A stretch of DNA of 19,456 nucleotides from Acidobacteriota bacterium (lineage in GTDB: Bacteria; Acidobacteriota; Thermoanaerobaculia; Multivoradales; UBA5704). The notes below the pieces were generated by a model. That model was not told the DNA's origin. It ran no database searches and saw only the letters and a program-made list of their open reading frames with translations. Location: NCBI GenBank assembly GCA_040005235.1, contig JBDTZG010000081.1:1-19456 (forward strand). Reading direction: 5' to 3'. Positions 7,797-15,697 of this stretch are shown in pieces (positions within the stretch are counted from its first letter, which is position 1; each line of letters begins with the position of its first letter). A program made the translations under genes and the position numbers.

Positions 7797-10616
7797 TCAC
7801 CGGAGCGCCGCAAGCGGCAGCTTCCAGAGCTCGTATCCTTCGTTCGGCCGGCCGGCGTTCATGAACAGCTCGTCGCCGACCACCGCGAGGCTACTTGGGC
7901 TGGAGGAGATCGGTCCGGGCATTACGTCGGCCGCGAGGCGAGTTCCTTCCGGAGTACCATCCGTCACCCAAAGCTCGGAACCATGAACGCCGTCGTCGGC
8001 CGCGAAAACCGCTCGATCCCCGATCACTCGAATCGAATGAGGGAAGGCGCCCTTGGGACCGCGATGGATTTCGAGCCGCCGCGTGCCCCCCTCGGTGCCG
8101 TCGCTGATCCAAAGCTCCAGGCCGTGCCGGCCGTCGTCGGCCGAGAACAGGATTCGGTCGCCCCAGGCGGTGAGCCAGGTCGGAAACGAAGAGGCCGGCC
8201 CGGGGGCGATATCGGCCACCCGCCGCGTCCCCTCCAGGGAGCCGTCGCTCACCCACAGCTCGCTCCCCCGTTCGACGTCGTCGGCGACGAAGAAAACCCT
8301 TTCGCCGACCGCGGTCAACGCATCGATGAAGCCAAAGGGGCCGGAGGAGGAATACACCTCCCGCGTTCCGCCGACGGTGCCATCGGTCACCCTCAGGGAC
8401 TCGCGGCTTTCTTCCCTGAAGTCGTAAAGCTCCAGAAAGACGTTGGGACCCGCCGCGACGAGGGCGCCGAGGGAATACCCCGGATCGACCGGAAACGGCG
8501 TCACAGCGTGGGTTCCGGCCGCGGTGCCGTCGGTCACCGAAAGATCCGAAACCAGGGGCTCGGTTTCGCCGCCTAGGACCAGGTAAAGCGCTTCGTCCGA
8601 GCCATCGCGCCGGGTGGCCCTGACCTGAAATGAGGTGTAATCGCCCAGTAGATCGGTTGCGAGAGCCACCCGCCCCGTGCCTTCGGAGGTGCCGTCGCTG
8701 CTCCAGATCAAGAGATGCTCGAAAGGCTCGGGTGTCGAGGTGGGGGCGAAGAAAATCGCCCGGTCTCCCAAGTCGACAAAACCCCGCAGACCCGAGATCC
8801 GTTTATGGAAATCGCGGACCGTGCGGCCGTCCGTCCAGCCAATCCGTTCCTGTTGGACGGTTTCAAAGAAAGCGCCGCCCGCGCCTGGATAAAGCTGCAA
8901 GCCTTCGTAGTCGGGAATGTCCTCGACCAGATCGGCGAGCGGCTCGGTATCCTCTGGATGTCCTCCCGAACGCCAGAGATCGAATCCGTGCCTGCCATCG
9001 TCGGCGAGAAACGCGAGGCCGCCGGTCCCGGCGATCAGTTGGTGGGGATTCGACGATTTTCCCGTCCGGGGGAGATCGAGGATGCGGGTCCCGGGGACCG
9101 TACCGTCGCTAGATCCCAGCACGAACGTCGCATCGCCGAAGTAGGTGGCGAAATAAGGCCGCCCGCCGACCATCGAGAAGCTCACTTCGCGGACCTCGGA
9201 CGGGCCGACGGCCCCGAGCTCGGCGAGGCGCCGGGTGGTATTCGGCGTCCCCCGCGTGCGGAAAAGGAATTCGCGGCCCGCGCCGCCGCGAGGCACGGCG
9301 GCGAAGAAGATCTGGCCTCCCGTGCTCAAGCCCGGCTCGAAGCCGAAAGTAGTATCGCGCCGGCCCGGCGAAAGGTCGGCGACCAACTGGGTGGAATAAG
9401 GATCGCCATCGGTCCGCCAGAGCTCCCGTCCGTGCACGCCATCGTTCGCCACGAAATAGACCGTGGAGCCGGAGGTCGCGACGATCGAGACCTCGTTCAG
9501 CTCGCCCGGCGCGCTCGACGCCCGCACTCGAACGGTACCGCGAAGCGTGCCATCGGTCTTCCAGAGCGCGTATTGTTCGAGGTAGTTGCCGATTTCGAGG
9601 AAGTAGACGAGGCCCCCCGCGGCAAAGAACGAACCGGGATAGTTCGGCCGGCCGGTCTGAATATGGCGCAATCGGCGGGTACCGTGGGCCGTGCCGTCGC
9701 TCACCCAGGGCTCGCACTGTTGGCCTTCGAATCCCGAGTAGACCACCAGGCGACCGATCTGAGCGAAGTCCCCGGAGCGGGCTCTCATTTCCTGGCTCGA
9801 TTCCAGCTCTTGTCTCGCTCCCTTCGAATCCCGCGGTCCGGCCGGAAGGATTCTCGCCGTCGCACTCGCGGTCCGGATTTGGCCCAAGTCGCCGCAGGGG
9901 ACGATCGGCGTCGGCACGGCTCCTGTCCCCGCCGCGGTGCCGTCGGTCGCCCAGAGAGTTTTCTGCCAAGTGAAATAGTGTTTCCCAGGGTCGCCCTCGC
10001 CGCGCGGCCAATCGAAGTTGTGCGGCGGAGAGGCGATAAAATCGTTGAATCCTGGAAGCTGCGTGATCTGGCCGGTGCCGGCTCGGGTGCCATTCGACCG
10101 CCAAAGGCTCCAACCCCGGCGCGGTCGATCGTAGACGTTGAACACCACCCCACCCTCAAAAGGCGCGAGGAAGGTCGCCAGACCGAAGTTGTCGGTGTGA
10201 TCGCTCAGGTTGACGAGCGGAATCGTCCCCGCGGCGGTTCCGTCCGTGCGCCACAGCCAATCGGCGTTGTAGCCATAGGGACTGTTGGCGGCGGTGAAGT
10301 AGAGATAGTCGCCTGAAACCGTGAACGCTTCGGGCGCCCCCCAGCAGCTTCCCGGACAGAGGTCCGCGACCAGCCGAACCCCTTGCTCCGTGCCGTCGGT
10401 GGACCACAGTTCCTTGCCTAAGAATCCGTCGTTCGCACCGAAGTAGTCCCGGCCCTTGAACCGGACCGGCAGGCTCACGTAGGTGCTCCTCGGGCCGGCC
10501 ATTCCCGGGGCGATGTCCTTGACCCGGACCGGCCCTTGGCCCGCTGCGGGCGCCGAGAAACCAGCCAGGGCAACCAGCAGAATAGACAAGCAGGGTCCGG
10601 CCGCGCTTCTCGCCAT
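7797..10616 (-). CDS. Secreted ELWxxDGT repeat protein
   Basis: Signal peptide (APAAG-Q) and about 18 exact or degenerate ELWxxDGT repeats (ELWSTDGT, ELWVSDGS, ELWISDGT, ELWVTDGT); GGAGG RBS. Confidence 0.92.
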   Translation of the reverse strand: MARSAAGPCLSILLVALAGFSAPAAGQGPVRVKDIAPGMAGPRSTYVSLPVRFKGRDYFGANDGFLGKELWSTDGTEQGVRLVADLCPGSCWGAPEAFTVSGDYLYFTAANSPYGYNADWLWRTDGTAAGTIPLVNLSDHTDNFGLATFLAPFEGGVVFNVYDRPRRGWSLWRSNGTRAGTGQITQLPGFNDFIASPPHNFDWPRGEGDPGKHYFTWQKTLWATDGTAAGTGAVPTPIVPCGDLGQIRTASATARILPAGPRDSKGARQELESSQEMRARSGDFAQIGRLVVYSGFEGQQCEPWVSDGTAHGTRRLRHIQTGRPNYPGSFFAAGGLVYFLEIGNYLEQYALWKTDGTLRGTVRVRASSAPGELNEVSIVATSGSTVYFVANDGVHGRELWRTDGDPYSTQLVADLSPGRRDTTFGFEPGLSTGGQIFFAAVPRGGAGREFLFRTRGTPNTTRRLAELGAVGPSEVREVSFSMVGGRPYFATYFGDATFVLGSSDGTVPGTRILDLPRTGKSSNPHQLIAGTGGLAFLADDGRHGFDLWRSGGHPEDTEPLADLVEDIPDYEGLQLYPGAGGAFFETVQQERIGWTDGRTVRDFHKRISGLRGFVDLGDRAIFFAPTSTPEPFEHLLIWSSDGTSEGTGRVALATDLLGDYTSFQVRATRRDGSDEALYLVLGGETEPLVSDLSVTDGTAAGTHAVTPFPVDPGYSLGALVAAGPNVFLELYDFREESRESLRVTDGTVGGTREVYSSSGPFGFIDALTAVGERVFFVADDVERGSELWVSDGSLEGTRRVADIAPGPASSFPTWLTAWGDRILFSADDGRHGLELWISDGTEGGTRRLEIHRGPKGAFPHSIRVIGDRAVFAADDGVHGSELWVTDGTPEGTRLAADVMPGPISSSPSSLAVVGDELFMNAGRPNEGYELWKLPLAALR

Positions 10617-10860
10617 GGAAAGCCTCCGCGTTGCAGTCGAATCTCAAAAGGTGGCAGAGGCGAAGGTAGCATGCGGAATCGAGCAAAGCACCGGAATAGG
10701 GGTCGGTCCCCGTTGGGCGTACGTGGAGGCCAGCCCACGAGGGATGGGCGGTAGAGATCACGCGGTCCAGAAAGGGGTCGGCGCCTCGGGGTATCCGGAG
10801 AGGAGCGTCGGCCTAGGAATCTAAACCGGCGGCTTCGACAGACGGAGAGCGCCATCCTCA

Positions 10861-10896
10861 CGGCAGGCCGGTGCCCGAATCAGGCACCGGCCGCCG
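10861..10896. repeat. GC-rich intergenic hairpin downstream of the RidA gene
   Basis: GGCCGGTGCC-cgaatca-GGCACCGGCC (10866-10892), extendable by CGGC/GCCG across one bulged base. There is no adjacent U-tract. Confidence 0.6.
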
Positions 10897-10950
10897 CCTC
10901 ACACCGCGGCATAGGAGCCGGGCCTCCCCGAATGGCCGACCAGGCTTTTT

Positions 10951-11337
10951 CTATGTCGCTGCCATCGCTTCGACTTCGAGCTTCCATCTTGGGTCCAGAA
11001 GCTGGCAGCAAACGACGGTCAACGAGGGCTCGTGAGCGCCAAGGAACTTGACACGCATGCGGACGTTGGCTTCGTCGTACCGAGGATCCGCCAAGTAGGT
11101 ACGGATGGAGACCAGGTTGCTGAGGTCCATCCCCGCCGATCGAAGTAGGGTCTGAATGTACGTCCAGATGATCTCGGCCTGCTCTTCGAACGACTCGGGC
11201 ATCGTCTTACCGTCCGAGAGATAGCCGTTGAGGCCGCTGATGATCAAGAGCCGAGAGTCGCCACGGATCTCCATCGCGTGGCTGTAGCAGCGGTACTGCG
11301 GGAAAAGTTCTTTAGGGTTGTGCTTGGTCACCGGCAT
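10951..11337 (-). CDS. RidA/YjgF/UK114 family protein
   Basis: YSHAMEI, LIISG, FEEQAE, GMDLSNLVSIRTYL, a conserved Arg (NVRMR) and C-terminal LLDPRWKLEVEAMA. Confidence 0.88.
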   Translation of the reverse strand: MPVTKHNPKELFPQYRCYSHAMEIRGDSRLLIISGLNGYLSDGKTMPESFEEQAEIIWTYIQTLLRSAGMDLSNLVSIRTYLADPRYDEANVRMRVKFLGAHEPSLTVVCCQLLDPRWKLEVEAMAAT

Positions 11338-11384
11338 GAAGGGGACCCTCTTTCAGAGTGTTCGTTCGTGACGTGGCAGCGGAG

Positions 11385-11489
11385 TTAGCATCTCCTGGAC
11401 CGTCCCTTGAACTGAATCTCGATGAAGTCGTCTCCGAGCTCGAACGCCTAGACTCCGGAGTCGCCATTAGCATTTCCATATAGCACCAT
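11385..11489 (-). pseudogene. Truncated remnant of a small conserved (KTSC-like) protein gene
   Basis: AGGAG RBS and ATG 11489 give MVLYGNANGDSGV*AFELGDDFIEIQFKGRSRRC*, with an internal TAG at 11448-11450. It resembles the recalled YxNxxGxSGVxAYEIGxDxIxVxF family. Confidence 0.55.
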
Positions 11490-11562
11490 CGAGATTCTCC
11501 TAGCCGCCTGGGCAAGCATTGGAGGGTAGAAGAAACTCCCGGACCCACCGCCCCTTAGCTGC

Positions 11563-11910
11563 TCAAAGCGGCAGGTACTCGATCCGATTCGCTTGGCTTT
11601 CGGGGTCGCCTACTTCCGCGATCAGTTCGAGGTCGCGAATGCATTCGCCGACTCCAATCCTGTTGGGGTGGGCGTACACGACTCCAACGAACGATTGTCC
11701 AGCGTTTGGTCGCAGATGCACCTCCGTCAGAAAATCGACGTCGTGCGTCACAAGGCAGCGTCCGAGCTGGGTCGCCCGGTCGAGCACCGATGCATCCGGG
11801 ATTCCTGACCGGTCGTCTTCTTGAACCGTGAGCAGATCCACTCCGCGGGCTCGCAGGCCGGCGGTAATGGCACCGTTCACGTTCTCGTCCATATAGAACC
11901 TAAGACTCAA
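11563..11910 (-). CDS. DUF5615 family PIN-like putative toxin
   Basis: TTG start at 11910 overlaps the upstream TGA. Sequence MSLRFYMDENV...GVDLLTVQED...PDASVL...GRCLVTHDVDF. Confidence 0.85.
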   Translation of the reverse strand: MSLRFYMDENVNGAITAGLRARGVDLLTVQEDDRSGIPDASVLDRATQLGRCLVTHDVDFLTEVHLRPNAGQSFVGVVYAHPNRIGVGECIRDLELIAEVGDPESQANRIEYLPL

Positions 11911-12239
11911 GTCTTGAGTCCAAGGGCGCGGATCTTGGCGGCGAGTGGAGAGGGACCGTCCTGCAGCCTGTATTCCTCCGCCAACCGCAGGCGCAACTCC
12001 CGGTCGGAATCGACTTCCTCTTGGTGGTCCCAATAGTAGGCGAGCGCACCGTAGACCATGCCGAGGGTCAGCTGCGGGAACTGGAAATGCAATTCCTCCG
12101 GGCTCCAGCCATAGGCTTCCTTGGAATCCACCAACTCGACGATCTTCATGGTCGTTCCCGCGATGTACGGCACTCCGTCGTCGTGAATCTCGACGTGCGG
12201 ATAGGACGGGATGTCGGATCTCAGAGGTGGCTGGCTCAT
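11907..12239 (-). CDS. DUF433 domain putative antitoxin
   Basis: GVPYIAGTTMKIVELV...GWSPEELHFQFPQLTLGMVYGALAYYWDHQEEVD; translationally coupled to the DUF5615 gene. Confidence 0.88.
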   Translation of the reverse strand: MSQPPLRSDIPSYPHVEIHDDGVPYIAGTTMKIVELVDSKEAYGWSPEELHFQFPQLTLGMVYGALAYYWDHQEEVDSDRELRLRLAEEYRLQDGPSPLAAKIRALGLKT

Positions 12240-12263
12240 GGCAGCGGCCCTCGGCTCCAGAGT

Positions 12264-12545
12264 TTAGCAGCCCACGACCGAAGCGGTGCGAAGGCTCATG
12301 TGCCTGAGGCGAAAGGCTGCCGAATGACCGACCCTAAGGACAAAGAAGGCGCCGTCGAGATGGTTCGCCCGAGCCCGCTTGACGGCGGCGAGCTCGTCGG
12401 GGTCCATCTCGTAAGCCCCGGTCTCGATGTCCACCACGAGAAAGCTCCCTCGGGCGCTCGGCGGAAGCGCACCACAAATTTCGCGCTCGTAAAGTGTCTG
12501 GCCGCGTTCGGCGATCTCGTGGCTTGAGTAGCGTGGATGCGCCAT
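12264..12545 (-). CDS. Small conserved hypothetical protein (family I recall as usually preceding clan AA aspartic protease genes)
   Basis: Own ATG at 12545 with GGAG RBS: MAHPRYSSHEIAERGQTLYE...FLVVDIETGAYEMD...FFVLRVG. It is in frame with the upstream BrnA-like ORF. Confidence 0.6.
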   Translation of the reverse strand: MAHPRYSSHEIAERGQTLYEREICGALPPSARGSFLVVDIETGAYEMDPDELAAVKRARANHLDGAFFVLRVGHSAAFRLRHMSLRTASVVGC

Positions 12546-12572
12546 GGTCAGACTCCGAGCTGAATTAGCGAC

Positions 12573-12773
12573 GCATTTCACAGCTTCGACCAAGGCGATA
12601 TCTCGACGCAGAATGTCATTGGTCAGCTGCTCGACCTCGACGCACTTGGCTTCGGCACGTTCGCTCAGGTAGCCAATGACGTCCGGTTCGAAATAGACAG
12701 GAATCACGAACTCTGGGTCCGGGCTGTGGAACTTTCCGCGCTCGCCTTTCGAGAAGTCGTATCCGTCCTTCAT
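12573..12773 (-). CDS. BrnA/CopG-like antitoxin whose expected stop reads TGC (ORF continues to 12264)
   Basis: ATG 12773 with GAGGAG RBS: MKDGYDFSKGERGKF...PVYFEPDVIGYLSERAEAK...NDILRRDIALVEAVK. It has an ATGA overlap with the brnT-like remnant. Confidence 0.7.
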
Positions 12774-12874
12774 GATCTCTCCTCGTATTGCCGTCTCTCC
12801 CGCGAAGTCGGTCGGCGCGCGAAGATGGGGCGAATGACCGTGGCAACAACACGGATGGGCTCCCAAAAGTGGAC
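12770..12874 (-). pseudogene. 3' remnant of a BrnT-family toxin gene
   Basis: A frame absent from the ORF track reads VHFWEPIRVVATVIRPIFARRPTSRERRQYEERS*, matching the BrnT C-terminal IRIISARxAT..ERxxYE motif. No start codon or N-terminal half is present. Confidence 0.7.
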
Positions 12875-12894
12875 GGTACTTGCGTGGCCACATC

Positions 12895-13857
12895 TTACGA
12901 TAGAACTTGTTGAAGGATGACCATCGCTGCTCCCCTTATCTGCTCCGACTGGTGATCTAGGATGCGGAACTTCTCAGGCCAAAGAGGATCTTGGCCTTTG
13001 AGTTCTCGCCAGTACAGCTTGAGCACCCGTTCGGTTCGTTCCACTTGCTGCATTGCACCCGCAAGATCGCCTCTACCCGTTGGTTCGTCCGTAAGCTCAC
13101 CGATTTCGACTTTCTTCACAGCTCGCATCGGTCGAATTCCCTGCATGCCCTGCAGGAGAATTACGATGGTCTGTTCATACGCGTACCATCGTTGGCTGAT
13201 GAGGGCTGTCTTCAGGTAGTCGTGGCCGAGAGCAAGGAACTCGGATCGGGGCTTGCTCGTAATATTTCGGAGCCCCTGGGCCTCCGCCGGAAACCAATTG
13301 TATAGCAAGCCATACGTGCCGTACGTATCGATGAGCTGTTTAGCACTGTTTGGAGGCACAGTGATCTCCCCTATGCATAACTCGGCCTCGCCGGTATACA
13401 CAGCATCTGGGATTTGCTCAAAGCGATCAAGCACGTCGCGGCCCGTCTTGCCAGCATAGTCAAAATCACCAGGAATCAGCCAGTAAACGTCGTAGACCGT
13501 CGCGCGTGCGTCGAACGCGTGTCCAAAACCACTCAGCCACATTTGGCAACTGTCCACACTCCAGGTGTCGAGTATCGTCGAGCAAGGTGTCACGTAGTCG
13601 CGCAGAAACGCTCGGAATGTGCCGTTACTGCTGTTTCGATGGAATGTTTGTCGGTTGAGGACGGTGATCGGGTGCGCATAGCGTGACGGCTGCTCCGAAA
13701 TCCGCTTTACGAGGTTGCCGTAGAGGGCCTCAAGATGTCGGAGGTCTCGTGGCTGACTGAATGGATAGATGATTATCGGGTGGATCTTGCGATGTCCTTC
13801 GGCGGAGCTGGAAAAAAGCTTGTCATCGGTGCTCGGTGGGGAGTCCGAAGTTGTCAT
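12895..13857 (-). CDS. Hypothetical 320-aa protein, possibly a divergent GT-A fold glycosyltransferase
   Basis: ATG 13857 with AAGGAG RBS. It has an N-terminal strand PIIIYPF, YWLIPGDFD (DxD), KPRSEFLAL, YAYEQTIVIL and KKVEIGEL, and is lower in GC than the flanks. Confidence 0.65.
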   Translation of the reverse strand: MTTSDSPPSTDDKLFSSSAEGHRKIHPIIIYPFSQPRDLRHLEALYGNLVKRISEQPSRYAHPITVLNRQTFHRNSSNGTFRAFLRDYVTPCSTILDTWSVDSCQMWLSGFGHAFDARATVYDVYWLIPGDFDYAGKTGRDVLDRFEQIPDAVYTGEAELCIGEITVPPNSAKQLIDTYGTYGLLYNWFPAEAQGLRNITSKPRSEFLALGHDYLKTALISQRWYAYEQTIVILLQGMQGIRPMRAVKKVEIGELTDEPTGRGDLAGAMQQVERTERVLKLYWRELKGQDPLWPEKFRILDHQSEQIRGAAMVILQQVLS

Positions 13858-14130
13858 TGGCCTACTCCTTGCCACGAGAGGTGTAGGAATGCCTAGCGCA
13901 GCTTAGCGTATATTGACCAGATCTGCGTGAATACTAGGGTGACGAGGAGGCGCGGACTGTCAAAACACACGGATTGGGAGGGCAGGCGCCTGAATTCGTA
14001 TCGCCCGAATAGGTGTCAACCTAACCGAGAGCGGGGGCGGCGCGCAACGCCAGGTTCGGAAGAGGCGGTCGCCTGGGACCGGCCTGGGTGCGGGCGAAGG
14101 GACCCGAGAACGGCGGAAGCTCGCTCGCCC

Positions 14131-14613
14131 CTACGACGCAACGACCACCTTTTCCATAACCACCCGCTCCCCAATCCCCTTCTTCGCCAACGCCTTGACC
14201 ATCTGAAGCATCGCCATCAGGCCCATCGACTTGCCCATCGAAAGTTCCTTTCCGTAGACGTCGTAGACGAGGTCGGTCGAAAGGTTCGCGATCTGGTCGA
14301 GGGGCTGGCCGGAGAGGCTCTCGCGGAGGATGGCGGCGAAGGATTTGGCGGAGATGCCCTGGGGGTTTTCGACCGCGAAGTGGAAATCGAGGCGGCCGTC
14401 GGGGCGGCGCTCGGCCCAGACGTAGGCTTCGGATTCGCAGGCCGGGACCCGGTCGTCGCAGGAGAACGGGCGGACCGCGACCCGTTCCGGCACGTCGACG
14501 AAGCGGTCGGCGAGGTCGATCAGCAGTTGAATGCGATCGGCCCGGTCGGGCATCAGAGCGAGCAGGTCGAGGGTTTCGGCGAGCTTCGGCGGGAGGGTCG
14601 CGGTTTCGGCCAT
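14131..14613 (-). CDS. sufE: SufE family sulfur-acceptor protein
   Basis: Likely start ATG 14613 (MAETAT). Motifs DRIQLLIDLA, RVPACESEAYVW (acceptor Cys) and KSFAAILRESLSGQ. Confidence 0.85.
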   Translation of the reverse strand: MAETATLPPKLAETLDLLALMPDRADRIQLLIDLADRFVDVPERVAVRPFSCDDRVPACESEAYVWAERRPDGRLDFHFAVENPQGISAKSFAAILRESLSGQPLDQIANLSTDLVYDVYGKELSMGKSMGLMAMLQMVKALAKKGIGERVVMEKVVVAS

Positions 14614-14677
14614 CGGGGGCTCCGGAATTGGGCGGGGCGGCGACGGGCCGCCCCGCTTGGAGGACTGGAGGCGGGGT

Positions 14678-15538
14678 TTACTTCTCGATCGGCACGCCGA
14701 CCAGGTTGCCCCACTCGGTCCAGCTGCCATCATAGTTGCGCACCTGGGGATAGCCCAACAGGTAGCTCAAGACGAACCAGGTGTGGCTGCTCCGCTCGCC
14801 GATGCGGCAGTAGGCGATCACGTCGTCGCTGGACGCCAAGCCCGCTTCGCCTTCGTAGATCGCGCGCAGGTCGGTCGCCGGTTTGAAGGTGCCGTTTTCG
14901 CTCACCGCGCGGGCCCAGGGCACGCTCTTGGCGCCCGGGATGTGGCCGCCTCGCAGCGCCCCTTCGTTCGGATAATCCGGCATGTGCATCCGCTCGCCGG
15001 AATACTCCTGCGGGCTGCGCACGTCGATCAGCTTGCCCTGCTTCTCCACGTGGGCGAGCACCTGGTCGCGGTAGGCGCGGAGGACCTCGTCGTTGCGGGG
15101 CGGGGCCTGGTAGTGCGATTCCGGATAGCTCGGCACTTCGCGGGTGACGTCCCGGCCTTCGGCAGCCCACTTCGCCCGGCCGCCGTCCATGATCTTCGCC
15201 TGGGTGTGGCCGAACAGCTGGAACACCCAGAAGGCGTAGGTCGCCCACCAGTTGTTCTTGTCGCCGTAGATCACCAGCGTCGTGTCGCGCGAAGCGCCGA
15301 TCCGCCGCATCAGGGAGGAGAAACCCTCTTGGCCGAGATAGTCGCGGCGCAGGGGATCGTTCAGATCGCGGGTCCAGTCGACTTCGACCGCGCCGGGGAC
15401 GTGCCCGCTCGGGTAGAGCAGCGGATCTTCGTTCGATTCGATGATCCGGACGTTCGGATCGGAAAGGTGCTCGGCCACCCACTCGGTCGAGACCAGCACC
15501 TCGGGCTTGACGTATCCGCGGTTCTCGATATCGCTCAC
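14678..15538 (-). CDS. sseA: Tandem-domain rhodanese / thiosulfate sulfurtransferase (SseA/CysA type)
   Basis: [35 protein letters not shown], active-site [12 protein letters not shown] and [10 protein letters not shown]; GTG start with AAGGAG RBS. Confidence 0.93.
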   Translation of the reverse strand: MSDIENRGYVKPEVLVSTEWVAEHLSDPNVRIIESNEDPLLYPSGHVPGAVEVDWTRDLNDPLRRDYLGQEGFSSLMRRIGASRDTTLVIYGDKNNWWATYAFWVFQLFGHTQAKIMDGGRAKWAAEGRDVTREVPSYPESHYQAPPRNDEVLRAYRDQVLAHVEKQGKLIDVRSPQEYSGERMHMPDYPNEGALRGGHIPGAKSVPWARAVSENGTFKPATDLRAIYEGEAGLASSDDVIAYCRIGERSSHTWFVLSYLLGYPQVRNYDGSWTEWGNLVGVPIEK

Positions 15539-15603
15539 CTTGCGGCTCCTTTATTGAACGGGTCGCGGCCGACGGCATACGCCGGCCCTGACATTTGTGA
15601 TCG

Positions 15604-15632
15604 AAGTTATCATCTTTATTAGCAAGCGTCCA
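15604..15632 (-). promoter_or_regulatory. Candidate sigma70-type promoter for sulfurtransferase-sufE
   Basis: TGGACG-17 nt-TAACTT with an extended -10 TG, in an AT-rich divergent intergenic region. Confidence 0.35.
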
Positions 15633-15655
15633 GATCGCCCACCTCGAACTAGTGA

Positions 15656-15685
15656 TTGCATAGGCACCGAAGCCTTCAATAGGAT
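15656..15685 (+). promoter_or_regulatory. Candidate sigma70-type promoter for the zinc-finger-TPR gene
   Basis: TTGCAT-18 nt-TAGGAT, 12 nt before ATG 15698; no SD sequence. Confidence 0.4.
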
Positions 15686-15697
15686 CAGCCTACGAAC

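Noticed and set aside
4722-10316. Long alternative ORFs (e.g. 4722..6047, 4760..6016, 6371..7411, 8715..10316)
   Set aside because: Arg/Gly/Pro-rich off-frame or antisense shadows expected at high GC; they overlap well-supported genes.
12264-12893. 209-aa ORF as a single gene starting at 12893
   Set aside because: Its first 40 codons are an off-frame reading of the brnT remnant; RBS-supported starts are at 12773 and 12545.
13931-14019. Two minus-strand TTGACA hexamers (13958-13963, 14014-14019) as promoters of the orphan gene
   Set aside because: Spacing to a -10-like hexamer is wrong: 21 nt for the first, and none at 16-18 nt for the second.
11384-14025. Integron attC sites suggested by GTTAGCAT (11384) and ACCTAAC/GTTAGGT (14019-14025)
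   Set aside because: No paired RYYYAAC...GTTRRRY boxes with an intervening palindrome, and no integrase in the window.
15595-15613. CRP/FNR-like site TTGTGATCGAAGTTATCAT
   Set aside because: Only one half-site matches the consensus.
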